64,000 nt of DNA, taken from assembly GCA_047495785.1 (NCBI GenBank), contig JBLDXI010000020.1, forward strand, positions 124,001 to 188,000, read 5' to 3'. Numbering within the stretch: the first letter of the stretch is position 1; every line of letters begins with the position of its first letter. This DNA comes from Lepidodermella squamata (lineage: Eukaryota; Animalia; Gastrotricha). Made by a program: the position numbers and the translations under genes. Shown here in pieces: positions 1 through 13,336 of the stretch. The notes under the pieces are model-generated. The model was not told where the DNA came from. It saw nothing but the letters and a program-made list of their open reading frames with translations, and searched no databases.

Positions 1-551
1 CAGGGTGTGCAAAAATATAGTCATCGGCGAACGAAAAAATGAAACGGCAAAAAATCTATAATATTCGACAGCGCGTGCCTCACCTTCGTCGCGCAGTGGC
101 GCTGCGTCACAGAACTCGGTCTATAAACACATCAGCCCGAGTAATAAATTCGCTGATTGTGCCCACGGCTTCTCAGGCTAAAGGAATATAAATTTATATA
201 TATGTGTGTGTGTACTTGCGTGTGTCGCATAAACAGCGCGCTTCTCGGATGCGGAAACGATATAAGGAATAAAAGGGGCCAAAAATCGTTAAAATACTAG
301 AGCCGAACGAGCGCGTGCTGTTTGGTTCGCAGAGGAGGCGATCGGCGTCGAATCCCCAGGCTCATCACCAGCCAAGAAAATAATGACAAATTTGTTATTG
401 CCCAAACAAGACGTCAAAAAAGGACCATGAGTCAGCCAATTTATTTTATTATTGCACATTAACGACAGTAACATATAGATTAAACATTGTACATACCAAA
501 ATCACAGGGCGTAACAAAAAGTTTGAAGCACATAATATGATAGGAATGGTC

Positions 552-1068
552 TCACTTAGCCGGGCCGCCAGCCGTCAACACTTTGCTTTGCTGCTGCATG
601 TGAAGGTGAGCTAATTGCTGCTGGTAGAAAGCGGCGTGACGCAGCAGGTCAGCAAGGTTCGCGAAGTGAGACGTGCTCTTACGTAGATCTGCGATCGTCC
701 TCACGCCATATTGCAAGTCTTCACAAGCTTCTTCTAGCCGCGAGTTCGCCCCATCAACCGCTGACTTCCTTTCGATAAGATGAGGTACGCTTTTTCGCAC
801 ATGCTCCTGTAAGCAAAAATCTTAATATCCTGATTAGAAAATATAATATCCAGTAATATACTTGAATTCGGAAGAAAGCTAAGGAAGGTTCATTAGCAAC
901 TCCGTGAAGATTATCCGATAGACGATCCGTTACTTTTGCCGCTTTATTTTCGACGGTGGGATCTCGCAAAAAGGCTGAAACAACAGCAGCCGCGGCGCCT
1001 ACCGTTGGTGGGATTTGTATGTTGCTATCGATGGTGTTTTTTCTCTGCATATGCGCCTGATTCGCCAT
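552..1068 (-). CDS. BORCS8: BLOC-1-related complex subunit 8 (MEF2BNB family), 2 exons
   Basis: Spliced ORFs give KVTDRLSDNLHGVANEPSLAFFRIQ|EHVRKSVPHLIERK...DLQY, the BORCS8 signature. Start is placed at the ATG following an AG. Confidence 0.85.
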
Positions 1069-1153
1069 TTCAAAGTCAGTAATAAAATCTATCATAGATA
1101 ATTACCAATCAAATTTCGATCAATTTAATGGTAAGCAGCAAAAATAAATCGCC

Positions 1154-3408
1154 CTAGTTTTCGGATCCTGTTGAAAGGTCAGCGCAGGTTTCAGTAATAT
1201 CCATTTCGAAGAAATGATTCTTCTTCACTGACCCACGGATGCGATTCTCCAGCTTAATAAGTTCTTTAGAAGCTTCTCGACAACAACGTACCATAACCAA
1301 CTTGCTTTCGTTATTCATCAAAGTGGACATTTGTGACTCGAATGCTTCGATTGAACGGATGAAAGCGCAAGTAATCAAAACCACAACAACGTCGTAACTT
1401 TTACCCCCTATAAGGAAATCTTGTGCATGAATAAAAAATAGGTAGATGTAGCATTTCGTACCCGATACACACCGATTAGTGACTGCCCAACGAACTTCCG
1501 GATGCATAGCATGCGGAAACCGCATGAAATTAACTATTTCATTTGGTATGGAATCTTCGTCAGTGCGAAAGCTGGTCCAAGATTCGACCGACTCCGTGAA
1601 CTTTAGCGCGACTTTGCCAAACAAATGACCGCAGTCGTCGCCCACTTGTAAAACATTCCTCTTACCTTCGCATCCTGATGAGAAAATTTAAAGCTAATTG
1701 CTCCGCATGAGGGCAAATTTCTCACCAAACAATTGACTAAAAATGAGATTTGTTGATAATTGCTGACAGTTCCAATGAGCTGACGATGTGTGGTTCGAGC
1801 AAATTTGGGCGATACAAGATAGGTGATCAGGTTCAGCTTCAACAAGTCGCAGAATCTTTTTAGGATCACTTGGCGACTTCTTTTTCTTATTTTTGCTCAT
1901 ATTTTTGCAGAAACCAGGGGATGCGGTTTCGATACTCAAAACCCGGAGAGCTTTTGATACCGATTTCACCTGGATGGTGCCTAGACGCTGCTTGTTCGGA
2001 GAATCAGTAGAATTCGGAGCAGCTTCGGTCAAGAATGGAGCCTTGTCGGTATCTGGAATAAACGATGGCGGTGCTAATGCCAATGCGCCTTCGTTAAGCA
2101 GTAGCGTCACGTCGTCCAACGAGATATTCCCGTCGCCGCCAGACTTCTCGCCTGATCGCGGAATTATGCAACAAACAACTAAACGGCCGCAGGAAACTGC
2201 TTCAGCTAAATTATTGCGCCCGTCGACAGTCGAATAGAGCTCGTCGATTTCTCTGAAAATCAAAATAATGGTTGGGATTCGGTAGAATTACCTAATGGCT
2301 ATATGACTGATATTAACCTGCCGCACGGCACGACGAAAACTGCGAATTTCAATGATGCTGGAGCAGGTTTGTCTACAACAAATAGCCTGAAACCACCAAT
2401 GGCACTCTCTGATGAGTTTCCAAGCTCAAGCACAACGTCAAAATGTTCTGTGGGTTTGGCGCGGGGTGGGAATCGGCTATTTGCTGATCGAATGTTGTAT
2501 TGAACAACTTGGTGAGCTAACAGCCCGCTTGCCCAAGTCGAGCCATCAGGGCATCGCATGTTCGAATCGAGATGCAACCCAGGACGAGATTGGAGTTCAA
2601 AAATCTGTTCCAAATCCGTAAGAAATTGGTTAGACTTTGAATTAGCAATCAAACCGGATTGGGTAAGTTCATCTTCATTTTCATAACTACAAACACAAAT
2701 ACGGGCAGAGCGAACGAGGTACTATTGCTTGAGCGCTGTGGCATGTGATGAGCTCTTATAACGTATGAACACGGGACAGCTTGCTCAAAATGGCTCCTAA
2801 GCGTCTCCACGACGTGCTTTTGAGCCAGGGACACAATCAGGAAACGCCCCGATGGCTTCAAAACACGCATCGTTTCATTGATCAGATTCTTCACGACATC
2901 CGAGCCTTCACTGCTATTTTTAGGTAGGAGGGCATCTAAAATTGATGTATTGTTGAAATTTGAATAATTCAAGCATGTTGCAACCAACCGATCGTTCCTT
3001 TATCCACTGCGCAATCAAATAGCTCGGATTCGAATGTCATCTATCGGAAAATATATACAATGCAATACTTATATAAATATTAATTTCCAGGTTACTAACG
3101 TTGGTGGCGTCCATTTGCTGATAGTCGCCGAGTGGATATTGAGTTTTCATTTTCGCTATGACTGTCTCGGAAATATCAATATTGGTCACGTGGGACCAGC
3201 CACTGTTAGCGAGAATCGACCCGAGATCAGAATTGCCACAGCCAACATTCAGAATACGGTCCGAACGGCGCAGATATTTTACAAATATTGGAAGAAGATC
3301 TTCAAAATCAGCGTACCATTCGAAAGGTCGATCGTCCGACGATTTGTAAGCAGTATCCCAAAACGACTTTTTGTCGAATGACTGAGGGCATTTGGGCAGT
3401 AGAGACAT
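1154..3408 (-). CDS. METTL13: eEF1A lysine/N-terminal methyltransferase (METTL13), multi-exon, divergent C-terminal domain
   Basis: MSLLPK...FEWY...ILNVGCGNS...NIDIS, SLAQKHV and SFALPVFVFV in the N-terminal part; VVPCGR|EIDELYSTVDGR matches the METTL13 linker. Exons join through GT-AG introns. Confidence 0.85.
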
Positions 3409-6400
3409 TTTTTATAACTCTAAATATAACAGAAAGCTCTGTATCATTGGCACATTCAACAACAGCTCGGAGAAATAATAAACGTATGGTTCCAAATGAG
3501 GCGAAATTCCCAACGTTTACCCCATCTGTGTGCTTTCGCTTCAAAGTTTCATTCCGAAGTGCTATACGCATGACATTGGCCCCAGCGATCATCGCCGTTT
3601 GATTTATTTAGGATAGAGCATAGTGACTTTGATAACTTAACAGTAAATAGCCGAAGATGGGCTTGGTTCACGAAGTCACTCTTCTCTCGCAGCAGCAAAG
3701 GAAAATGGGAAGTCGATACTATCCTGATAACCCAAGTCGATACTAAAGACCCGATCTGCGCCGATCAAGATGCATGCATACATACATACAAACATAAATG
3801 AATGACTGGGCTTTAAATCCATCCATCCATCCAGCCTCCTATATTATATACTTCGGAATGTTAGAATTACCGCGCAATAAGCAATTGTATTGAGAACCTG
3901 CCACCAATTCTGCTGATTTCACGGGCTTGGGTTGGGTTTCAAGTATAGCGCCCAGAAGCTGGTTATGGAACTGTCCGCGATGGATGGAGATGGAGGTTCA
4001 GAAGCAACAACAACAGCTTCTCTCATGATCGATCACTGATCACTGATCCACATCATTTAGGGGTAAAAGGTTGCTAATACTAAACTAGCAATAGTATAGA
4101 ACATCGAAAAATATCAAGAAATGAGAAAGGAATAGGAAAACCGACACCATCTTTAGGTATCGTCCAATCGAGTAACACCGTTGAGGAATATCAAAGTCAA
4201 TTGACTGAAAAACATGAATTCCTATGCCGTGTCTCTAATATTGCAATGGAGGAAAACTACACGGCGCAGTCCATTAAATTAAATTATCCTTTTTCAAGAT
4301 GAATCTGGGGTAAAGCCGGCGCCGCTAACGACTCTTACTCAAGAAAAGCCGAAAATCAAAACTTTTGCTTTTTTGCTTTTGTTTCTTAAAAATACGATCA
4401 AAATTGCTCAATCTATTGCAAGTTTCAAATCGACCTTGAATTTCTGAATGCGCTTGTTCGAAACAGACCAGCCATGAGCCCGCTTTAGCGATCACAAACG
4501 ACCTTGACCGAGGACCAATGCAAACTGATCGCGCGCGCTTATTCTGTATTCTTTTCCCTTTACAGCGGCGGCTCTGTGATCCAAACCTTACAGTGGTCGA
4601 AAGTCAAAACCTTGCCTGCGTAATGCGTGAGGATCACCACCTTACCGAGGAAACCTTACTGCGAGTTCGATTTCGCGCGAATGCTGCTAGTATTGATTTT
4701 ATTCCTTGCCCGATCAGTGATCAGTGCTGTTTTTCCAAATCATAAACGGTAAGTATCTGTGGCATAAGTAGGAGCTGCGGTATCGATTTATGTCTCAGTG
4801 TTCTTAACTGAGAGATCAGCTATTTATGTTTCTAATTCTAAAATTTGTTCCCAAATCTGACAGTATGCCCGTGTAAAACATCGCCACAGCGGTGACTCGT
4901 TTCTGTGATAGCGTACTCCCAACTACCTGCCCATAGAGAAGTCTGCCGTGAGAAGTCTGCAGGGCATTATTTTATACGCGATATCTCAGCAATATCTTAT
5001 AACTTATTTTAAAACTCATAATAGTGGTTGAAATCATTCATGACTATCTAAGTGTCGTCATAATGACCGATGACCGACCGACAGGAGTCATTTTCGATTT
5101 TGACAATGTAGTATTTGACCGTCTAAGTGATTGACCATTCAATCTGCTTATTGCCGATATGAAATACTCATCGACTTCAGCATGTTCATGTGTTTCTCCT
5201 CTCTGTGTACGGGAACAGTGAGTGGCGCAGCGGATCGCTTCATCATGATTGAAGGTCATACGTTCGAGTCAAGCTGCTCGCAGAACTTCACAAAGAAGTG
5301 TTGAGTCTTTGAGTAAGTCACCTGGCGCCCCAACTCCCGGACCTAACAGCAAAGCACGTGCGTGCGCATGAATCTGTATGCATATACTGGGCTGTCTTAG
5401 GGCGTGAGCGTAAAGTGTTTCGAGCTTTTCGGAAGCAGTTGCTTTCAGCTAGTTGGCAGCTGTTCAACTATCAAGCCACACATTTTATATGAAAACTTCC
5501 CTTGAACGATGAATTCTTGATCGAGGTCACAGCTCGGTCAAAATCTGATCAATGAAAGTGTTGCGAGATCAGGCCAAAGCGGGACAACTTACTTAATACT
5601 TGGCTATTTCTTTGAGGATGAACCTCGCATCAAAAAGAGAAGTCTTCGGGTAGCGTTACACGCAATTTTTGATCACCTTATGGCACGTTAGTCAGCGGAG
5701 TTGCCCTGAAAACCTCAGATGCCCGAATCTATCGACGTTGGCAATAGGTTTTTAAGTAAATGAAGTCAAGAAAGCGCCGTTATCGTGAGGAATCTGCTTG
5801 TGAAAACTGATTGCTGCCGCGCTCCGCATTCAGTGCGCTTCCGTTCTTTTATCTTTACGTCTGTTATATATATCTATAGAGATTAGATTATTCCGATGCT
5901 CATGTATAAACCTGACAGATGACTGCCAACTTCAGAGTAGATGCGATCGGCTAGACAGATAACAGCCGCACATCTCGAGTGAGGCAAGGAGTTCGCATGT
6001 GCAATTCCGAAGATTTTAAAATTCGCTACAATTCTTGCGCATTATCTGAACATCATTCTTGGCATTACGCTGGTATGTAAATGAGATCGCATGGTGGAGT
6101 TCTGCAAGTCTGCGTTAGTCGTTGTCTCATGTTTTCTTTTCCTTGGCATTCGATGAGATATTCCAATAGTTGTGGGCTTTTATGGTGTATCATTAATAAG
6201 CTATTTCTTGCCAGCTTTATGCTGCAGTACTGTTAGTTTTATTATTTGTTGACATTGTCATCCAATATGGCTGGTTATATGTTTGTAGTTTACTTTTCTA
6301 TTTAGAGGCAATTTGGTTTTGTATAGCCCCAAGATACTTGAAAATTACTGCAAGTACTAACAATGGTTACACATATCTGAGGAACAGTAGTAGAGCTGAT

Positions 6401-6639
6401 TGTGATTTCTGCTTTCAATGTCAGTCGAATTTATTTACCAACAGTTGACTACTGTTAAATATGAAGCAAAATTCGCTAATTGCAATCAAAGTAACAGAAA
6501 ATAGCTAATCACAATGGGTTTCACGCTATATGGCCCGTCGCGCATCACCGAACTTTAAGCGTGAAAATTAATTTGCAGCATTTTTTGTAAAAGTAGTGAA
6601 GTTACTTTATATAATAATTTTGAGAACCAGTACAAATCT

Positions 6640-8778
6640 ATGGAAAGAGATTACTCCGAGCTTCCCGAATCGGTTGATGTTGTTATTATTGGGACCGGTA
6701 AGAATTTGACCTCTTGTTAAGTTATATCTCTTATAATACGTCTTGCCGAATGCGTTTAGACGTCGCGCAGTCTATTATTGCCGCCGCCTGTGCCCGAAAC
6801 GGAATGAGCGTTCTCCATCTTGACAGAAACGACTTTTACGGCGGCAAAAGTTGCGTTTTCACTCTCAGTGCTCTCAAAGAGTATGTAAATGAGGTAATGC
6901 TTATTTGGTGAAAATATGAACCTTTTATTTACTCGTGGACATTTCAGAGCCGAAAAATAAACACAAAGTCTCTCGCTCCTTTCACTGATCTCGGCGAAGA
7001 CGATGAGCTTTGCCCCTTGCCTCAAGATTGCCCTGATGACTTCGAAATTTTAAAAGACGACTTCCCGTGGAGGTAGAGCATTCTTTTCTATTAATTATGT
7101 TCACATTGTCTAATGCTAACAGCCTCTCCCGAAGTAATGAGAAGCCCGAGCAAGTTGGCGAAAGCATGTTGCCCCACACAAACGAGGGTGAAAATAAGGA
7201 GAGCGAGATGGAACCCTCAAACGAAAATTACCTAACCATAAATCCTTGCAGCTCCCCTGACGCTGCTTGGAGTGAGGAAAAACTAATAGCTTCTTCTCGC
7301 AAATTCAATATTGATATGGCGCCGACCGTAAGTTTTCTTGGATCAAGAAGCACGCCTATCCACAGCTTTTGTTTACTCAAAGTTGGTGTTTTCCACCGGG
7401 AAGATGGTAGAGCTGCTCATTAGCTCCGATGTCGCTCGTTACGTGGAGTTCAAAAATGTTGGCAAGCTATTTGTATGCAATCAATCGCAGTTAGAGAACG
7501 TCCCGTGCTCAAGAGCAGATGTTTTTTCGGACAAGAGACTCTCACTGCTGGAAAAGAGGCTTCTGATGCGTCTATTTGCTACGGCAATGGATTTTGAATC
7601 AAAGCTATCGGAGCAGACAACTGAAACCAGCGGAATATTCACTGATTATCTTCGCTTGAAGTGTGGCTTACCTGAGAAGCTTGTATACTATGTGATTCAT
7701 TCCATCACCATGACTTCGGAAACTTGCTCGACTCTCGAAGGGCTGCGAAAAACGAGAGATTTCCTTAAGTCATGCAGTGTCTACGGACCGACTCCTTTTC
7801 TGTGGCCTATGTACGGCTGTGCTGAATTTCCCCAGGTTTTTACCTTATGAGCAATAATAAGATGTAATTATTCGAAGTGTTTCACATTGCTAGGCGTTCT
7901 GTCGACTGGCGGCTGTCTATGGTGCTGTTTATGTACTGCGATCGTTCCCACAAGCTTTGATCAAAAGTAAACGAGATGGGAAGTGTAGTGGCATTGTGCT
8001 CGACAATGGAAAGCGCATTAATTGCAAATACATTCTTTCCTCTCCGAGCTATTGCCCAAGCGAATTACTTGGAAGTTTAATGCAAAGCCACGAATCGCCT
8101 TTGTCTTACAGGATAATGCTTCGGGCTGCGCTGCTTACATGCAAATCGTTGTTTCCGAATGATGAAGCTAAACAGCAGGTCTCAATTAATTATGCTCGGT
8201 TACCAACGAACCGGTTGTCAGCCGCTTTAATTGAGCTACCCGATCATGCTATGTCCTGTCCTCGCGATACATTCCTCAATCAAATATCCGCGGTGTCTCA
8301 AGTATCGCAAAAAGAGCTTCCTTCAGGCGATTCTTTTCAATCTGATGTTGCTCAGTTTGAAGACTTGCTTCAATCTTTGTTCCATTTCGGCGCATCAGGC
8401 GAAGCCTCCTCGTCGAAACCCGAGGTGCTCTGGCGCTTTATATTTAAATATCCGTTGTTGAATGTTGATGGTCCCATTGACGACTTGAAGCCTGAGTATT
8501 TCAAGCTCCTAGATAACATGTTTGTGATACCTGATGCCTTGAACAATGGGGCGCTCATCGATTATGACATGTCCATTGCGATCGCGAAATTGATTTTCCG
8601 AACTTTGAAACCTGAAGCCGAAGAATTCATTCCCAAGATGCCACAGCCGCCAATATCTGAGGACGTTATTTCAACAGATGTAATAGAGAGTGATTCTCCG
8701 AAAGTTGAGGCATCAACCGATGCAATTGACTCGGCTTCATCAGCCAATGAAGTCATGACTGATGATAAGTTGGAGTAA
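6640..8778 (+). CDS. CHM: Rab escort protein (REP1/CHM, GDI superfamily), multi-exon
   Basis: ELPESVDVVIIGT, IIAAACARNG.SVLHLDRNDFYGG, SRKFNID, LISSDVARYVEFK, VPCSRADVF, PFLWPMYG.AEFPQ|AFCRLAAVYG, with the REP-type insert. Confidence 0.92.
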
Positions 8779-8916
8779 TTGCCATATTTTAAAGCAATCC
8801 TAATTTAAAGTGCGCTGAAATAATTATTCTGTTATATTTTGAACTTTTCAATAATATTGATTGATTGCTTATTTTTCCTCATGAAAATTCTGTAGATTTA
8901 TTAGTTAATTTTTCAA

Positions 8917-11900
8917 ATGGTTCGCCAAACTGTTCCATTGAAAGCTGTATGCGCAGAGCAAATTTCCAAGCTGCAAATTCGACACCAGCATGATTTGGAG
9001 CTTTTGGACGATGTCAGGACATTCTCCAAACAGCGAGCAGCTATAGAAGCGACTTATGCTCAGGCTCTGCTCAAACTGGCTCAACAACACATGCCTAAAA
9101 AAGAGCAATCCCAAAGTGCGGAATCTGAAAATTCATCTGAGAAAATCAGTTCCAATAAGTCGCCGTTGAAGGCGTGGCGTAATTACATTGAAGAAACCGA
9201 AAGGATTGCCAAGTGCCACCAAACTATGGCTGATGTGTATTTGCAGCAAGTTTGCGAACCAGCTCAAATTCTGCGGAAAAGCAAAGCGCAGGTGTTGAAA
9301 AAGGTGGTTGATCAATTGAATATGGTTCAAAAAGAGGTCCTCCAAGCTAGCAACGAGTTGACTGAATGTCAAAAGGTATACATTAAAGAAGAATCAGCCG
9401 CTGCCGAAGCACGCCAAAAAGCTGAGCAACTCGAGGTAAGCTTTTATCCGTCCGCATTTTATCTGTTCACACTGTGTTATATTGTGTATCACAGGACAAA
9501 GTCAAGAAAAAGTCTACTGGTTTGTTTCAATCGATGGCTTCTCTTCAGAAAAAGTCTGATAAAACGTCCACACTGCGCGATCAGTGTGATGTGAAATCTA
9601 CGGCTGCACGCAACACCTATATTATTCAAATGGCCTTAGTCAACGCTCAGCTTACTCGCTATTTCGAACACGATTTGCCTTCGTTGATTCGTCAATTGGA
9701 CTCGAATGTCACTGGACAAATCCAGCAATTTTTAGCAACCATTTGCCGAGCTGAGCTGGAAACCTGCAGCGTTGCCCTGCGAGGTTTCGGCGGCGTCCAA
9801 AGCGATGTAGAACAACTCAGTGGGCAACAGACAATGCAGACGTTCTTCAACGACTACCCAATTTTTAAGGAAGCGCTGCAGTACCAATTTGATCCAGTTG
9901 AGGGCGACCAGGTCGACCACGTGTCGACTCTTCACGGAGGTGATGAAATGATATCGGCCGAAACGCGCAAGTGGGCCAATTTTTTGGTTCAGGAGTCGAA
10001 GAACATAAACGGCTTGAAACGCGAACTTGTGAATATTCGCCGCACCTTGGTAAATGCCGGGCGCCTGGCCAGTCCGGGTGAAGCTTCAGCTGCTGACGCT
10101 GCCAAGTCTACTATGGCGATTGTCGACGACTGTGATGCCCGGCTGGATGATCTGCGTGCTGCCATTCGCCGATCACGAACCAGCAAATTCAAGGCCGAGG
10201 CCGTGCTTAGCTTGTTCAAAGCCGTTGGCATAGATGTCACCCGTCATGCAGATGCATCGGCTGACTCGGAAGAGGAGGACGAGGACGATGAAACAATTTG
10301 CGCTGATATCCGCCAAATGCAGCATCAGTTACGCGTGGGAGCAGTGCAGCCGAATCTGCTGGGGACACTGTCCCCTCTGGCGTCATCTACCGGACGAGTG
10401 TCTGCTTTGAGCGTGAATATTGGAGCTGGCGGTTCATCTGGGTCCGTCAGCCCGTCATCGGCTGTTACTAGCCCGAACATACAATCGACCAACAGAGCAG
10501 ATTCGGTGTCGAAATCTTCTACGCCATCAATGGCGCTGCAACAGGTATTAGCTATTTTCAACTGGTTATTACAGATGATAGTTTCATGTAGATGGCATGG
10601 TGGCTTAAAACCCTGCATGTCATAGTTTGCACTCCTCCAGTAGCCGTATCGTAGTTGTCACTGAATGTTTTTTATTTTGCATTGAAAGCGTTCCACCTCA
10701 CTTTTTACCCGAATTCGGAAGGTATCCATTTTGAGACACTACATTCAACTATCAACTCCCATTTCCATGAAAACCTGAGATACTTTTTGGTCCATTTCAT
10801 GCCCCTGCGGTTTTCATTAGTGCTGTTACAGTTTAAAAGTCGTTGTCGAATTGACTGGACGATAATATTATACTTCCGCACCGCAAGATTCGCACAGCAT
10901 GAAGTCATCGTAAAATCATTTTTGGCAGTGCAAGTTTTTCACGAGGCATGCGCGGGAAAATTCTTTGGATGACTAGATGTCTCGTGTAGATCACCTGTGC
11001 GGAAGTAAAAAAGCACCGTCAATTTAACTTTATCGTCTTGCGTATGTACGTAATTTGTATCATCCACTGTAAAAGCTATAGGTAATGCTTGATTCTCGTT
11101 TCATCAATCAGTGTCGAGATTTATCGTGGAACTGTTGTTAACGAGCTTCAAAACCGCGCGTCCCAATGAACTTTTCAGAACCATTTCCCCTTTCATCCCC
11201 GTGTTAAACCTTTCTCTCGATTTTCGTCTATTTTTGTTCTAATCCGCTTCAATAATAGGCCCGCAGTTTTCGGTCTCCTGTGAACAAAGTCTGTTTGCCA
11301 GAGAGAAGAAATTCGAACGTGATTGTTGTAATGAAGTTCTCATAGTCTTTCTATTCAAGTATTTAGCTAAAAGTGGATTGTATAGCTTGGAGTTAACACC
11401 GGGTAATAAATGGCGAGCACAAGTCAGTAAAACTTATTTTCTTAAATGTATCGGATGGCGATTTATCACTCGAAAGCTATAATTGTTCCACTTTTAGCAA
11501 TGTGATTAATTTTTATATAACGTTTTTATAATTTCCTTACGAACAAAAATTTAATTTATTTTGTGTTATGCAGACCAAACCGGAACGAATGACCTCGGTT
11601 CCCGCATCTATGAGCAATAATCAGCCGGAAATGACACCTAAAGCTACGTCATCGCCGCGTTTCGATTTCAACGCCTCATCCCAAGGGCAGTCAGTGGACA
11701 CTGAGAAGAGCGATGAGGTTAGGAAGACTGGCCAGTCCTTCGACTTCCAGGCACAAATGGAGGAGGAGGAGCGCATCCAACAGGAACTGCAAGACGAAAC
11801 TGCGGCTCCTGCCGAAAAATGGTCATCGGGAATGCGCTTTCCGTTGTTCGCCGTTTCACTTTACGACTACCAAGCAGGCAATTTTGATGAGTTGAGCGTG

Positions 11901-13336
11901 TTTGCTGGCGACCGTCTCGACGTCGTCGGTGATGGCGATAGCGAGGGCTGGTTGATGGCACGCAGCCCGATCGGGCAGAGTGGATTCATCCCTCAAGCGT
12001 ACCTCGCCACTTTCCAAACCGAGGCCGAACTGCAGGTGTACATCGCCAACATGGAACGAGAGAACCGCGAAGCCGCTGCTGCAGCTCTGGCTGCGCAGGC
12101 CGAGGAGGAAGGAGTTGCTGCCGGGGGCTACGCGAGCGAGCAGCCGCAGATTGAAATAAGTGAGGATCAAGCCGAGGCTGATCGGCAAGCCGCAGCAGCT
12201 GTGCCGTCATTCGAGCTGACGCAAGCCAGCCCGACAACTGAGATAGCTGACACTGAGATGAAGCGCATCGCCGCACAGCCCTCGGAAGATAATAATGTCG
12301 GCAACGGCAGCGCTCTACCGCTGACGGGCGAATTGTTTGCGCAAGCGGTTTACGACTTTGACGGAGTAGACGACGATGAGCTGTCGTTCCTGGAAGGTGA
12401 CGTGATTCGGGTATTGGCTCGTGAAGCAAACGGCGTTGATGACGGTTACTGGTTCGGCGAATTGAACGGTGGTCGACGTGGCTGGTTCCCATCGTTGGTC
12501 GTCGAAGTGCTTGACTCGCCGAATGCCGAGGTGCCGCTGCCTGGCGAGCTCAAATCCCCCGAATCAGGGCCACCAGGGTTTTGCCCGCCGCCTCCAGTCG
12601 TGTTGATTGAAGCTACCCCTCTTCCGACACCGCTCGACTCGCCTACTGGTGTGCATGGCTATAAACGAAACAACCGCAATAACAGCAGTGGCCAGCAAGA
12701 CGAGGACGCCGATTCGGGCTTTGGCGGGGCTCAGGGTGGCGCGACAAGCATACCTGGTCAGAGCAGTCAGGATGATGAGGAGCGCCAGGAAGATATCAGC
12801 AACGACACAGACCCCGCTGAGGTCGTTGTCGCACCTCCAACTAAGCAGGTTGACGTAGCTTCTTTATTGCGCAAGCGCGCTGCGGAAATAACCGAATTGG
12901 TGCTAACTGAGGCTCGCGAAGCTATCGAAAAAGGTTGGTGAATCGAGTACATTTTTCGTGGTAGATTTATTCTTGTATGTCCCTAACAGGAGAGCTAGTT
13001 GTCACTGAAAGCATCGAAGAAGAAGTCGCTATGGAAGAGCACGGCCAGAAAGCCGGGGCTGTCGTGAGTAATGCCATCGAAGGTGCCGCTGCCATTGTTG
13101 TTACAAGCGAGGCGATCGAACAAGCCGCTATTTCGAGCTCATCTGCTGGTAACATCGATCCAAAGCAACGTCCGCGTATCTGTAGTGCTTCCGGGGTGTC
13201 TATAAGCAGCGAGGGCGGCGTTAGCCTGGGTGACGAAGACTTCCACTCGGCGATCGTCACCCTTGCGCCGACAGTTGACGTCGCTGAAGTTGACGTCGAG
13301 GAACCGAAAGAAGATGATGAAATGTCTCTACGCTGA
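8917..13336 (+). CDS. FCHSD2: F-BAR and double SH3 domain protein (FCHSD1/2, nervous wreck)
   Basis: N-terminal F-BAR (EQISKLQ..HQ.DLELLDDVRTFSKQRAAIE..YAQ.L) and two SH3 domains (LYDYQA...DGDSEGW...GFIPQAY; VYDFDG...GVDDGYWFGE...FPSLVVE). Introns at about 9436-9493, 10546-11573 and 12934-12989. Confidence 0.92.

Noticed and set aside
1-30. CAGGGTGTGCAAAA resembles a Tc1/mariner-type TIR start
   Set aside because: It is at the window edge, so the TA TSD cannot be checked, and I saw no partner repeat.
4034-4726. 15-bp inverted pair cactgatcactgatc / gatcagtgatcagtg (CACTG-like terminus)
   Set aside because: Low-complexity and no TSD; insufficient to call an element.
11713-12952. Many antisense and alternate-frame ORFs over GC-rich exons (also in UNC-45, RASEF and the A1CF-like gene)
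   Set aside because: Shadow ORFs produced by codon bias of the real genes.
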